This document shows, in pieces, positions 19,263 through 28,895 of a DNA stretch of 46,996 nt (within the stretch, counting starts at the first letter, position 1; each line of letters starts with the position of its first letter). The stretch is from a virus. Its lineage: Duplodnaviria; Caudoviricetes. Location of the stretch: IMG/VR virus record IMGVR_UViG_3300012157_000003, positions 1 through 46,996 of that record, one strand, 5' to 3'. The notes under the pieces were generated by a model, which made no database searches, was not told the DNA's origin, and saw nothing but the letters and a program-made list of their open reading frames with translations. Position numbers and translations under genes: made by a program.

Positions 19263-21112
19263 GATTTAGCAATAGCCTCAGCAAGTTCTACAATAAGAGA
19301 TTTCTCATTCCATGTATTGGTGTATCCTGTTTTATTCATGGAATTATTGAAGATTCTCCTCTTAGTCTCCACAATTCCATCAAAAATTGTATCAACTGTA
19401 TTATCACCAAGGACATAAGTAGCGTTAACAATATCAGAAAGCTGACCGATTCGTACGAATCTTGATTCCGTTTGTTCTTCATTTGCAGGATTCCATTGAC
19501 GTTCATGCATTACACAATCGGAACAAGTTTGTAGGTTTAATCCCTCGCCAGAAGCTAACATAGAGCCTATAAGAAGTCTATGATTAGGACCATTGAATTT
19601 CTCTTGAATCTGAAATCTCTCGCTAGCATCAAGCGTGGCGGTTAATTGAAGTGGTTCAGGATATCCATTTTTCTCACAAAATGTAGTAAGCTGTTCCATT
19701 AGAAGTCTGCCGCACTCCTTATGATGGACAAATACTCCGATTTTTCTATCGGTCTCTTCGAGAAATTCCTCTACAAATTCTCTCGTAACATCTACCTTAG
19801 CTATACCAACAATCTGCCTCATGATAATAAGAGATTGCATGATTTGACCCTGAGATTTAAATGATGTCAAATCACTACCATCAAGAGCGGCCTTATCTAC
19901 GATATCCTTAATCTTATCGCGCTCTTTGTTATATTCCTTACGAGCATATTCAGGAACTTCACAATAGAGCTTAAGCCTACTTACATCAGGAAGTTCGGGC
20001 ATTACTTCTTTACGTTCGCGACGAATAGATATATGGGAAATTTTCTGACGGAATAGTTCTGGATTCTTTATACCAGCCTCTTTACCATCCGGTCCCACTT
20101 CAATCCATTCCTTTTTGAATTGAGCTTCACTCCAAAACATAACGGGATCAAGCATATTAAGAACAGTATATAACTCAGAACCCCTATTTTTCCAAGGAGT
20201 CCCGGATAAAGGAATAACGCGGGGAATTTGTTTAACAACATGCTTGACAGCGACAGTGCGAGAAGAACTCGGATTCTTAATCGCTTGGCATTCATCAAGG
20301 ATAATAGATTGAATACCAAAATTTTCAAACATAGTAAGGTCAAGCTGGCGAAATAAATCGTATCCAATGAGATAACCTTTAAGGCCGGGAATAAGAGATT
20401 CCCTACCTTTAGTTAGAATTTGAGGATAATAAGCATCACCAAGAATACGACGGATTTCTTTAGCGTGTTGGAATTTAATACCTGATTTTGTTACCCAAAG
20501 ATAAGGTATAGCTTCGGGGTTGAATTTTAGATATGCGAGGCTTTGAATAGTTTTACCTAAACCCATCTCATCAAAAATACCCATTCGACCAGCAGATTTT
20601 TCTAAGCTACGAGCACCTTCTAATTGGAAATCATAGAGTTTACGTGCTGAACATTTCTGACAGAAAGTCTTGGTTTTTAAATCAGTTCCCCATTGATGTG
20701 TGCAAGAGGAATCACCACCAATAACAAGTGTTGTATAATCACTCTTAAGTTGGGAGTTCTTAAATAGCGCGTGGCCGCATTCAAGAAATATAATACTTAA
20801 TCCATTACCATTCTCAATGCGGGATTTTTCTTTAGCAACTTTGCTACAATGAGGACAAAGGTCTTGGAGCTTATGAATATTATGAAATTTCTTGGACTTT
20901 ACACCATTAATTTCGTTCGTTAGAAATGTAACAATCTTTACATCATCAAAGATATCATTCCAGTGAACTGTGTTCACAAGAAGACGGTTATCTTCCGTGA
21001 AGGAAAAAAGATTATTATTATCAAACTCAGCAATGAGCTTAATATCGTACTTCCCTAGACCATTAGTGTCTAAGAAAGTTCTTATAAATTTAGTAGCTTC
21101 TAAGCGGTTCAT
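19259..21112 (-). CDS. SNF2-family (SF2) helicase/translocase with Cys-rich N-terminal extension
   Basis: DEMGLGKT, ILDECQ, LSGTPWKN, IRRERKEV, GEGLNL and WNPANEEQTESRFVRIGQ. Confidence 0.92.
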   Translation of the reverse strand: MNRLEATKFIRTFLDTNGLGKYDIKLIAEFDNNNLFSFTEDNRLLVNTVHWNDIFDDVKIVTFLTNEINGVKSKKFHNIHKLQDLCPHCSKVAKEKSRIENGNGLSIIFLECGHALFKNSQLKSDYTTLVIGGDSSCTHQWGTDLKTKTFCQKCSARKLYDFQLEGARSLEKSAGRMGIFDEMGLGKTIQSLAYLKFNPEAIPYLWVTKSGIKFQHAKEIRRILGDAYYPQILTKGRESLIPGLKGYLIGYDLFRQLDLTMFENFGIQSIILDECQAIKNPSSSRTVAVKHVVKQIPRVIPLSGTPWKNRGSELYTVLNMLDPVMFWSEAQFKKEWIEVGPDGKEAGIKNPELFRQKISHISIRRERKEVMPELPDVSRLKLYCEVPEYARKEYNKERDKIKDIVDKAALDGSDLTSFKSQGQIMQSLIIMRQIVGIAKVDVTREFVEEFLEETDRKIGVFVHHKECGRLLMEQLTTFCEKNGYPEPLQLTATLDASERFQIQEKFNGPNHRLLIGSMLASGEGLNLQTCSDCVMHERQWNPANEEQTESRFVRIGQLSDIVNATYVLGDNTVDTIFDGIVETKRRIFNNSMNKTGYTNTWNEKSLIVELAEAIAKS

Positions 21113-21258
21113 TAGTTATCTCTTAGAATGTTTAAAGCATACACTACGAAATAATCTTTCTTTCCATCGACCCTTAACAAAGTCTACTACACAACCACAC
21201 TTTAGTTTTATGAGCTTAGTATCTTTAGTTATTTTAAGATACTGTCCGGTTCTCATAA

Positions 21259-21606
21259 CTATTCCTCTACATAAGTCCAATAGAACTCATATTTGATTTT
21301 GATGATTTCGTAGTCATCTTTTGTATCTTCAAACCAAGTATTATCTTTAATAACAAATTCTGCTAATTCTCTTGAAGAATAATAACGTGCTTCCATGATG
21401 TTATCACAAAAACTTAAGTCACCATTCTCATTCTCAGTTAGATAACGATCTTTATCCTTAATCTTAATAAGAAATACTGTATCTTCTGAATGAAATTTAG
21501 GAGCTTCACTGATAACTACAATAGCCTCATTTGTAGTAAATCCTGCCTTGATAGCATTTTGTAATCTCTCAATAAGTTCTTTAACAGTTATAGGCTCTCT
21601 ATTCAT
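21259..21606 (-). CDS. Hypothetical protein
   Basis: 115-aa ORF starting with the common ITVKELIERLQ motif. Confidence 0.55.
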   Translation of the reverse strand: MNREPITVKELIERLQNAIKAGFTTNEAIVVISEAPKFHSEDTVFLIKIKDKDRYLTENENGDLSFCDNIMEARYYSSRELAEFVIKDNTWFEDTKDDYEIIKIKYEFYWTYVEE

Positions 21607-21821
21607 ACCTGAACCCTATCATTAGGATTAGTAGTCTTTTGCACAAAGTTAAATCCAAGTAGTTTTTCTTTTTCAAGATTACTAACAAAAGGCTTGCCCG
21701 TTGAGCATAGGACGCAGATGGGAAATTCTCTTAAGATACTACCATCATCTCGATATTCAATTCTCAACGCGCGAGGCTCTCGTGGTTTAGTAATAACATT
21801 ACAAGATGTGCATTTGAACAT
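21603..21821 (-). CDS. Small zinc-binding protein
   Basis: CTSC...CVLC. Confidence 0.55.
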   Translation of the reverse strand: MFKCTSCNVITKPREPRALRIEYRDDGSILREFPICVLCSTGKPFVSNLEKEKLLGFNFVQKTTNPNDRVQV

Positions 21822-21824
21822 GAT

Positions 21825-22109
21825 CTATATTCCTTTTCTCATTTGCTCTAAAGTAGAAATTAGATAATTTACTTGCTCATAACTAAGTAAAACTGTTACT
21901 ATATCACTAGAATCAGCATCGTCAGTATTAATATGGTCGGGGTCTCTTAATTCTATTCCTAACGATACACCACCCCAATTAGATAATTCTATTGTGGCTC
22001 TACCTCTACATTGAACAGTAACATTAGTAGGAAAGGTTGGCATATTAACTACCATCCTTATTAGAAATCTTTTCTTCTCCAAGCCTCGTAGCTTGCATTC
22101 CTTTTTCAA
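21825..22109 (-). CDS. Hypothetical protein (start uncertain)
   Basis: ORF in operon; probably starts at MVVNMP. Confidence 0.45.
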   Translation of the reverse strand: MKKECKLRGLEKKRFLIRMVVNMPTFPTNVTVQCRGRATIELSNWGGVSLGIELRDPDHINTDDADSSDIVTVLLSYEQVNYLISTLEQMRKGI

Positions 22110-22983
22110 TCATACCACGGGCCATTTCTTTAGAGATATTCATAGTTAATGCAAGTTGCTCAACCATACGCTCAATAGCATTAGTAGGAGTAACTTTCTT
22201 TAATTTTGGAACAACCGGCTTAACATTTAGGGGACTATACATTGCATCGCTTTGTTTAATCCTCTCACGAAATTCCTCACGAACGCTATTACCATAATCT
22301 CTTAGGATATTAATAGCTGCGCTATTTTGTACTGTGAGCGTAAGATTTTCCGTATTATTATCGAATATCTTTCTTTGATTAGATTCTATCGTTTCTACGA
22401 GATGTTTATGAAAAGCAAATTCTCTTTCAGATTCTGCTATTTCACTATTACTTAAGAATGCTTTCTTAATATCAATAAAAGCAATCGTTTCAGCGTTGAA
22501 GAAATCCCCGCTGTATTTCAGATTATCTTGAATCTTATTAGCTCTATCTATTAAATCCTTACTACTTTCTACAAGATTCTCTGTAACCTTTACTTCGTTC
22601 TTAAGTGCTTCCTGTGATTTAGCAACACAATTATCACAAAGAAGCATGTTATTAAATACATTACACTTACCTACAAAATCACAAGACTCACACTCTACAT
22701 TTTCCGTATGAGCTTTATAGGCTCTATTACATATCTTACATTGTAATAGGCTTTGAGGATTAGGACTAAACGGATGATCCATGTTTTTTTCTAGAGACTG
22801 TATTCTTAATACTAATCTCTTAAAGTAAACTAACCAATAAAGATTATCGACTAACTTAGTAACACGCGGGCGATAACATAAATCACAAAGAAAGCAATTG
22901 AATAAGATACGATAAGCAGCAGTATTACAGTAAATAGTGGATACTTCATAGCTGTAATTCTCACAATCATTACAGATAAGCAT
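22045..22983 (-). CDS. Cys-rich N-terminus plus coiled-coil protein
   Basis: Several CxxC pairs then a long helical region; a second start is possible at MDHPF. Confidence 0.6.
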   Translation of the reverse strand: MLICNDCENYSYEVSTIYCNTAAYRILFNCFLCDLCYRPRVTKLVDNLYWLVYFKRLVLRIQSLEKNMDHPFSPNPQSLLQCKICNRAYKAHTENVECESCDFVGKCNVFNNMLLCDNCVAKSQEALKNEVKVTENLVESSKDLIDRANKIQDNLKYSGDFFNAETIAFIDIKKAFLSNSEIAESEREFAFHKHLVETIESNQRKIFDNNTENLTLTVQNSAAINILRDYGNSVREEFRERIKQSDAMYSPLNVKPVVPKLKKVTPTNAIERMVEQLALTMNISKEMARGMIEKGMQATRLGEEKISNKDGS

Positions 22984-23255
22984 TAGTCATTAGTAGTAAG
23001 TAAGTTAGCTGGTAATTCAATCTTCTTAGTTCTGCAATTAACACAAATGGGTTTATCCATTTTCTTACTAATCTCATCCATTACCATTGGATTATCACAT
23101 TCCCAACAATAGCTTGCCTTACCGATAATCATAGCTTCCATATGTTGTGGCATGTAATGTGTGCAATCACTAAGAGCACAAGCGAATACTTGCATACCAG
23201 CAAAAGAAATCTTATGATACTTATGGATATGTCTACGACTACCTCGGCCTGCCAT
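22983..23255 (-). CDS. Cys/His-rich zinc-binding protein, first gene of the leftward early operon
   Basis: ATG at 23255 with AGGA upstream; HIHKY, C..C, CWEC and CVNC. Confidence 0.65.
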   Translation of the reverse strand: MAGRGSRRHIHKYHKISFAGMQVFACALSDCTHYMPQHMEAMIIGKASYCWECDNPMVMDEISKKMDKPICVNCRTKKIELPANLLTTND

Positions 23256-23364
23256 TATGTATTTCCTATTCCTAATAACTACTGTAATAAACAGCAAGTA
23301 ATAAAACTCTTATAAGTGTCCTGTTTCGGTGACACTCTAGGTCTAAGGACCTGTCACGATGGGT

Positions 23365-23394
23365 AGTCTAGCATACCTCCGGTCTACCTGTCAA
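23365..23394 (-). promoter_or_regulatory. Leftward sigma70-type promoter
   Basis: Minus strand TTGACA-N18-TAGACT with TGn extended -10. Confidence 0.75.
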
Positions 23395-23672
23395 GCCTCT
23401 CATGGGTCCTCTCTGTATGTGGGGTCAGCGACTTCCGCCCCACAGGCTCATACCCTACGTCACCAAAAGGGGACACTTATAGTAGTAGGTTTTGTAAAAA
23501 ATATAAAAAAAAAAATACAATACACTACTATAACTGCCCTATCTTGAGGACATAGCGTTGAGGCTTGGCGGGCGGGTTGGCTTGGCCCCAGACAGACAGA
23601 GAGTATGATAGGGTACTCCCCCTCTGAAAGAACAGGCTTATAACATTTCTTCGATGCCCTTGACGATTAGGC

Positions 23673-23701
23673 TTGACAGGGTTATGAGGTAATGCTAGAA
23701 T
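23673..23701 (+). promoter_or_regulatory. Rightward sigma70-type promoter
   Basis: TTGACA-N17-TAGAAT with TGn extended -10. Confidence 0.85.
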
Positions 23702-23800
23702 CACTACATGGTCAGGGGAGTAAGAGTCTCGACCATATCGTTCTTTGACAACCTAACCCCGTGTCCTTATTCGAGGACACTTATAAGAGGATATATTCCA

Positions 23801-24205
23801 ATGGCATCCAAGACAGAAAAAGCAGAAATCAAAAACTTCCGTGGTAAGCCTCTCCCCAAGCCTCTTAACTATTCGTATACGTTCGATACGTATTCGAGCA
23901 AACAGAATGCACTAGAGGCTAATGTTTGGCCGGCGGACGCAGATTCTTACGTTCTGGCAAAGATTAACACCCAGAGCGAGGCATCATCGAAGTCTGTAGA
24001 GTATCAGAAGACTTTGAAGGGTCTCAATGAGGTTTACGAGAAGACAAACGAATACAAGAGACAGCAGTTCCTAGATAACGCGGTTATCGGCGGAATGGCT
24101 CTTGAGCAGGCTGTAGCAATCGCTGATTCGGTTGATGGAATGAAGGTTATCCCTGGCGAAGTAGAGAAGGTCATCGCGGATTACTTCTCTAAACTCGGGC
24201 AGTAG
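23801..24205 (+). CDS. Monocistronic early protein of unknown function (134 aa)
   Basis: ATG at 23801 after GAGGA; has its own promoter and terminator; more C/G-ending codons than the late genes. Confidence 0.75.
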   Translation: MASKTEKAEIKNFRGKPLPKPLNYSYTFDTYSSKQNALEANVWPADADSYVLAKINTQSEASSKSVEYQKTLKGLNEVYEKTNEYKRQQFLDNAVIGGMALEQAVAIADSVDGMKVIPGEVEKVIADYFSKLGQ

Positions 24206-24225
24206 TTTGTAGCAAGACACTAATA

Positions 24226-24280
24226 AGGCTCGATAGGCTCTAGGTTATTCCTAGACACCCTATCGGGCCTTTTTTTGTTT
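24226..24280 (+). terminator. Rho-independent terminator
   Basis: AGGCTCGATAGG...CCTATCGGGCCT stem with inner TCTAGG/CCTAGA, then a T-tract. Confidence 0.85.
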
Positions 24281-24328
24281 TCATAGCTTAAATACTATAC
24301 TCCAGTACAGTATCTTCCCCATCAAATG

Positions 24329-24367
24329 AAAAGGGCCGGTAAGAGTATCTAGCTCTCACCAGCCCTT
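24329..24367 (-). terminator. Convergent terminator for the small leftward operon
   Basis: Minus strand AAGGGCTGGTGAGAG-loop-CTCTTACCGGCCCTTTT. Confidence 0.7.
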
Positions 24368-24505
24368 AAAAGCCTCTAGAATCGCTCTAGAGCCCTTACA
24401 GCCAAAGCCTACATCTATTAGCTTTCGCCAGCCAGTAAATCCCTAGCAGAGCATGTATATCCTCTCGACCTGCACAGAAGTAAGTAACGCCAAAGATTGT
24501 TACGT

Positions 24506-24697
24506 TCATTGTCCGACCATCCTTTCAAGTCTGTTAATCCTTACCCTAATCGGCATCGGTATTCCACGCACCATCTGTTTTCCTTCTCGGCTATAGCTCC
24601 ATTTCCCCACATGAAACGCTCCGCAATTCTTACAATGTGCTCTCGAATAAGCACTCAGACATATCGGGCAATCTTTAAGTGTAACGGCGTTTTTCAT
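24506..24697 (-). CDS. Small zinc-ribbon protein
   Basis: CPIC...CKNC; RBS-like AGGGA. Confidence 0.5.
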   Translation of the reverse strand: MKNAVTLKDCPICLSAYSRAHCKNCGAFHVGKWSYSREGKQMVRGIPMPIRVRINRLERMVGQ

Positions 24698-24710
24698 TTG
24701 TGATTTCCCT

Positions 24711-24911
24711 TCAAAGTGATTCGATGCTCTCGCCTACCATAGCGAATTGAATCGCATATGAGGCTATCGCCCTGGCATCCATCGTCATGTAATGCGAAGT
24801 GTAGTAAGCACGCATTGAGATGAATGGAATATATCCTCTCATCCTACGCAGGTTCTTAGCTTGAGCCTGCCAATATCTAATCGTGCTGAATCTCATTCCG
24901 TATCTTCTCAT
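24711..24911 (-). CDS. Small basic hypothetical protein
   Basis: RBS AGGAGG and an upstream TTGACA (24959-24964, minus strand). Confidence 0.5.
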   Translation of the reverse strand: MRRYGMRFSTIRYWQAQAKNLRRMRGYIPFISMRAYYTSHYMTMDARAIASYAIQFAMVGESIESL

Positions 24912-25352
24912 TGGCCTATCCTCCTATCTTCTCGCTTTATTACATATCGTCTCTCTCATGTCAAGGGAATAGGGATAGCGAACTGATACCAGGTGAAGTC
25001 TACGTCGAGCCTGCGTGTCTACACATACATACACCAACACATACATAAACTATACCACTAGAATATATACAATAACTATACCATAACATAAATGTAATGA
25101 TTACAAAAGCCTCGCGGCTAAATTTTTAGCAGGTGAGTATATCATACTCAACCCACCCCCATATGCCACCTTTATAGAGTCTCATCTCCACTCTGGCGGG
25201 GGAATATCCAACTCGAACGTCACATATGATTTTAAAAGATGTTATCATTTATGGGTCCCTTTTTTAGGTACCATAGTGGGTGGGTAGGTAGGATAAAAAA
25301 AATGTTATAAGTGGTTTTTGTATATATAAGTATAAGTGGTTTATTTCACCTA

Positions 25353-25382
25353 TTGACTTATGGGTACTACCTATGGTATGAT
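25353..25382 (+). promoter_or_regulatory. Promoter at the head of the structural operon
   Basis: TTGACT-N18-TATGAT with TGn; preceded by the direct repeat TATAAGTGGTTT (25306, 25331). Confidence 0.65.
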
Positions 25383-25437
25383 TGGGAGTAGGGGACCACT
25401 ATATCTAGGGCGGTGAAGTCCTGGGGTTATAATAGTT

Positions 25438-25974
25438 ATGCCTTTAGGTATTGTTAGTGAAGAAGAGTTTAATAAGGAAAATGAATTGTTTGATAGAGTA
25501 AGTACGGGTGTGATTAAAGATAGTAATGTTGGAAGAGGTAATAAACAAGAGACACCCGAGGTTATTAGAAATATTGTTGGTGAGGAAAAAGTAAGAGGTG
25601 AGGTAGGCAAGGAGCTAAGTAAATTATTTGGCTTAAGTGAAAGTAGTGTAAGCGCTTATTCGCGAGGAATGACTAGTTCTAATGGATGTAGCAATGAAGA
25701 ACTAGGGGAACATATTAATAAGGTACGGATTAAAGTTAAATCTCAGGCAGCTGATAAACTTAACCTCGCGCTTAGTCATATTGATAGTGATAAGTTATCT
25801 AAAGCCCGAGTTGGCGAACTCTCTTCTGTTGCACGTAATATGGCAGCTATTATTAAAGATATGGATGAGAAAGAAGGCTCAGACGGGCCTAAAACTCAGA
25901 TTATTTTTGTTGCTCCACATATGCGTAAGGAAGAACATTACGACGTTATTGATGTAAGCGCGAGGGATAATTAA
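25438..25974 (+). CDS. HTH protein, probable terminase small subunit
   Basis: HTH KELSKLFGLSESSVSAY, helical oligomerisation-like region and C-terminal beta strand (TQIIFVAP); first late gene. Confidence 0.5.
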   Translation: MPLGIVSEEEFNKENELFDRVSTGVIKDSNVGRGNKQETPEVIRNIVGEEKVRGEVGKELSKLFGLSESSVSAYSRGMTSSNGCSNEELGEHINKVRIKVKSQAADKLNLALSHIDSDKLSKARVGELSSVARNMAAIIKDMDEKEGSDGPKTQIIFVAPHMRKEEHYDVIDVSARDN

Positions 25975-26366
25975 TGAAAATCAAACTAGTAATCTTGTTT
26001 GTTCTTCTTTTTAGTTTTTCTCTTATTGCACAAAACAATACCACGCGCTTTTTTATCGCGTATGAGAATGAATCTCTAACTGTTGATACTACAGCTGGAG
26101 GTGTTGCTTTTGATTCTGCTAAAGTTACTAATCCATCTAATCCTGTTGAAACTGCACAGCTTGTTACCTTCTCAGTATCCTGTGCAAGTGGTACAACTTG
26201 TAATGCGCGGTTTACTATAGATACTACCGCACCTACTACAACTAATGGTATTCTAATTCAGTATGGACAAATCATTAGTATTTATCAACATAATAACATA
26301 GAAAACTTCCGCGCTATTCGTGAAGGCGCCACGAGTGCTGTATTAAATGTACAGTATTTTAGATAA
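25974..26366 (+). CDS. Signal-peptide-bearing small beta-sandwich protein resembling phage virion decoration proteins
   Basis: MKIKLVILFVLLFSFSLIA|Q; mature part ESLTV...RFTIDTTAPTTTNG...FRAIR; 2 Cys. Confidence 0.7.
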   Translation: MKIKLVILFVLLFSFSLIAQNNTTRFFIAYENESLTVDTTAGGVAFDSAKVTNPSNPVETAQLVTFSVSCASGTTCNARFTIDTTAPTTTNGILIQYGQIISIYQHNNIENFRAIREGATSAVLNVQYFR

Positions 26367-27748
26367 TGTTAAAACATTCTATTCTAGCCTTCGCGCTTCT
26401 TGCCCAAATAGTTATAGGTCCTGGTGGAGGCGCTAGTAGTGGTGGTTCATCTACAACCATCATTAATAATAACTTCACTAATATTACTAACACTACTGGT
26501 ACATTTACTTCTGTTGGGTGTCAAGTAGCTTGGAATGAAAACTACGAATATACAGTAAGCGCGTGTAATTATTATATTAATAATTCTAATTATCAGAGCA
26601 CTGAACAAGATGTTACGCTCGATGCTGCCCATGCTACTTTGGATAGGCTTGACATTATTGGTCTGGATATTACGGGAACTGTATTTAAATTAACTGGTAC
26701 CGCGGCAGCAGATCCCAGTGAACCTACAGTTGATCCCGAAACACAAATTAAGTTAGCTCTTATTTTAGTAACAGCAAATACCACAGAACCAGCTGGAATT
26801 GATAGTGAATTAATTTACTTTCAGAATGCTGGTAGTCCAACAGAATGGGATTGGACCACGAATGGTTCATGTTTTGTTACTAATTCTGCAGTAGATCCTA
26901 AAGCACCTGCTACTTTATCTATTAATGGTACTTCTTGTGCAGCTAATGCTTATGCTCAAGGTCAAATCGGAAGTGGTTCAATTGACCCCAATAGTTTCCT
27001 TCTCTTAAAATTATACATTAAAAGTAAAGCTACCTGGTCAAATAATAGAGGATTAAATCTAGCTTTCTATTCAGCTGGTGTTTTAGTTGGTCAACCAGTT
27101 CAGATTTTTCCAACTAATACTTGGGGATTTACTTCTTCAATTACTTCAGCATATCAGCAAGTAGCCATTCCAATTAGTAATTTCTTAGTTCCCAATGGAA
27201 CAACCGCGACTCAATTTCGAATAACAAAATTTGGTAGCGGTGCTAATATTGGAATGTTCATTGCAGATATTACTGTTCAGGGTAATGCTATTGTTGCCCC
27301 GCCTAGTATCATTCCTGGGGATTGCCCTACTGGTCAAGTATTAGTAAATATTAATGATGAAATATCTTGTAGCAATGGATTAAATTCAGATACTACTACA
27401 GGATTAGCAATTACTAATCGTTATCGTGGTGTTCCTGTTTCTCATGGAACAGTCGGTGCAACTGAAACAATTGATCTTAATACTGGAGTTACTCATTATC
27501 TTACATTAGATGAAAATCTTACTCTAACCTTCTCCAATCCTTTAGATGGTGATAGATTTATTCTAATGCTAAGGCAGGATGGTTCAGGGACTAATACAGT
27601 TACATTCCCTGCAACTGTTGAATGGCCTGATAGTGATACTATACCTGAATTAGATACTACTGCTAATGCACTTAATCTTTGTACATTTCTTTATGTTTCT
27701 GCAGTAACAAATTACTATGGTGCTTGTAACGTGAGTTATGTGGAATAA
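26366..27748 (+). CDS. Signal-peptide-bearing tail-fibre-like protein with a central carbohydrate-binding-like domain
   Basis: MLKHSILAFALLA|Q; phage fibre modules LDAAHATLDRLDII...GTAAADPSEP and LRQDGSGTNTVTFP; 8 Cys. Confidence 0.65.
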   Translation: MLKHSILAFALLAQIVIGPGGGASSGGSSTTIINNNFTNITNTTGTFTSVGCQVAWNENYEYTVSACNYYINNSNYQSTEQDVTLDAAHATLDRLDIIGLDITGTVFKLTGTAAADPSEPTVDPETQIKLALILVTANTTEPAGIDSELIYFQNAGSPTEWDWTTNGSCFVTNSAVDPKAPATLSINGTSCAANAYAQGQIGSGSIDPNSFLLLKLYIKSKATWSNNRGLNLAFYSAGVLVGQPVQIFPTNTWGFTSSITSAYQQVAIPISNFLVPNGTTATQFRITKFGSGANIGMFIADITVQGNAIVAPPSIIPGDCPTGQVLVNINDEISCSNGLNSDTTTGLAITNRYRGVPVSHGTVGATETIDLNTGVTHYLTLDENLTLTFSNPLDGDRFILMLRQDGSGTNTVTFPATVEWPDSDTIPELDTTANALNLCTFLYVSAVTNYYGACNVSYVE

Positions 27749-28895
27749 AACTGTACCATTAGTATTAGCTTTGTTACTAGTTCTGCCTATTAAGGGGCAG
27801 GAGCTTGTCAATTTAAATATAGTACAGGATTATTGGCTCACAGGTTTTCTAGCTAATGCTGGTGGTAACGGCGTAGACGCAGCAGGAGAAATTAGTGGCA
27901 CTATTGGTGCCATGTTTAATAAATCAGGAGGTACTCATACTTGTTCCAGTGCAGGATGCGCTGTTTATGTAGATATTCAAACTGCAACCGCGTGGGCTAA
28001 TGTTGGAACTAGTGTACGTATAGGATTACAAGATGTAGGAGCTGATGGATTTGGTGATGGAACATTTGATGTATTTGCTGATTTAGTTCCTGGAACAGAA
28101 ACTTTAACAGCGGCTACTAATCGTTATGCTATGGAATCTGGTAGCAAATCAGTAGCAAATAATCAACTTGTTTCATTACAGCTTACAATGACGGCTAGAG
28201 CTGGAGCCGATGCAATTACTCCAGATGGCCAACAGTTTGTTCCTAGTACATATACTAATACAGGATTTCCATACGGATTTAGAAATGCAGGTGCCAATGC
28301 TAAAAACTTAATCATGACGAAGATGATGATTGAGTATGATGATGGCACGTATGGTTGGATAAATGGTAATTATGTTCTTTCATATAATCAGGGAGCTAAT
28401 ACAGGTGTTACATTTGGAAGTGGTTCTACTCCAGATGAATATGCTGTTGCTGGTAGTTTTAAGAAGGATTGTGCTTTAAGCAGTATTACATGGGCTGTCG
28501 ATGATCAAGTTTCTGGAGATGATTATGAATTGCTTCTATACGATAGTCCATTAGGCACTCCAGCTGTTCATACTGGTGGAACGATTACAGCTAATCCTGT
28601 TCTTACTAATCTTGCTTCTGGATTCAATGCGCAAACCTATAACTTTGCTACTCCTATTATTGTAAGTGCCGGTGTTCAATATGGTTTTGCTATTAGACCA
28701 ACTACGGTTAATACTATTACCATTGCATACGAAAATATCACTAATTCAGCATCAATCATAGCAGCTTATAAGGCTGCACAATTTCTTGATGGTATGGGAT
28801 TGTATTCACGTACTAATCAAACTGGTGCTTTTGGTACTATAATTGGTACTGCAGTTCCTTTATTTGGTTTACAGTGTACTCAATTAGTTCAATGA
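27738..28895 (+). CDS. Signal-peptide-bearing beta-rich protein, paralog A
   Basis: MWNKTVPLVLALLLVLPIKG|Q; 4 Cys; aligns with the next gene. Confidence 0.7.
   Translation: MWNKTVPLVLALLLVLPIKGQELVNLNIVQDYWLTGFLANAGGNGVDAAGEISGTIGAMFNKSGGTHTCSSAGCAVYVDIQTATAWANVGTSVRIGLQDVGADGFGDGTFDVFADLVPGTETLTAATNRYAMESGSKSVANNQLVSLQLTMTARAGADAITPDGQQFVPSTYTNTGFPYGFRNAGANAKNLIMTKMMIEYDDGTYGWINGNYVLSYNQGANTGVTFGSGSTPDEYAVAGSFKKDCALSSITWAVDDQVSGDDYELLLYDSPLGTPAVHTGGTITANPVLTNLASGFNAQTYNFATPIIVSAGVQYGFAIRPTTVNTITIAYENITNSASIIAAYKAAQFLDGMGLYSRTNQTGAFGTIIGTAVPLFGLQCTQLVQ

Larger units (their letters stand above)
23307..23789. repeat. 16-bp perfect inverted repeat CTCTTATAAGTGTCCT (23307-23322) / AGGACACTTATAAGAG (23774-23789), with partial copy GGACACTTATA at 23471
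   Basis: Read directly from the sequence. Confidence 0.85.
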
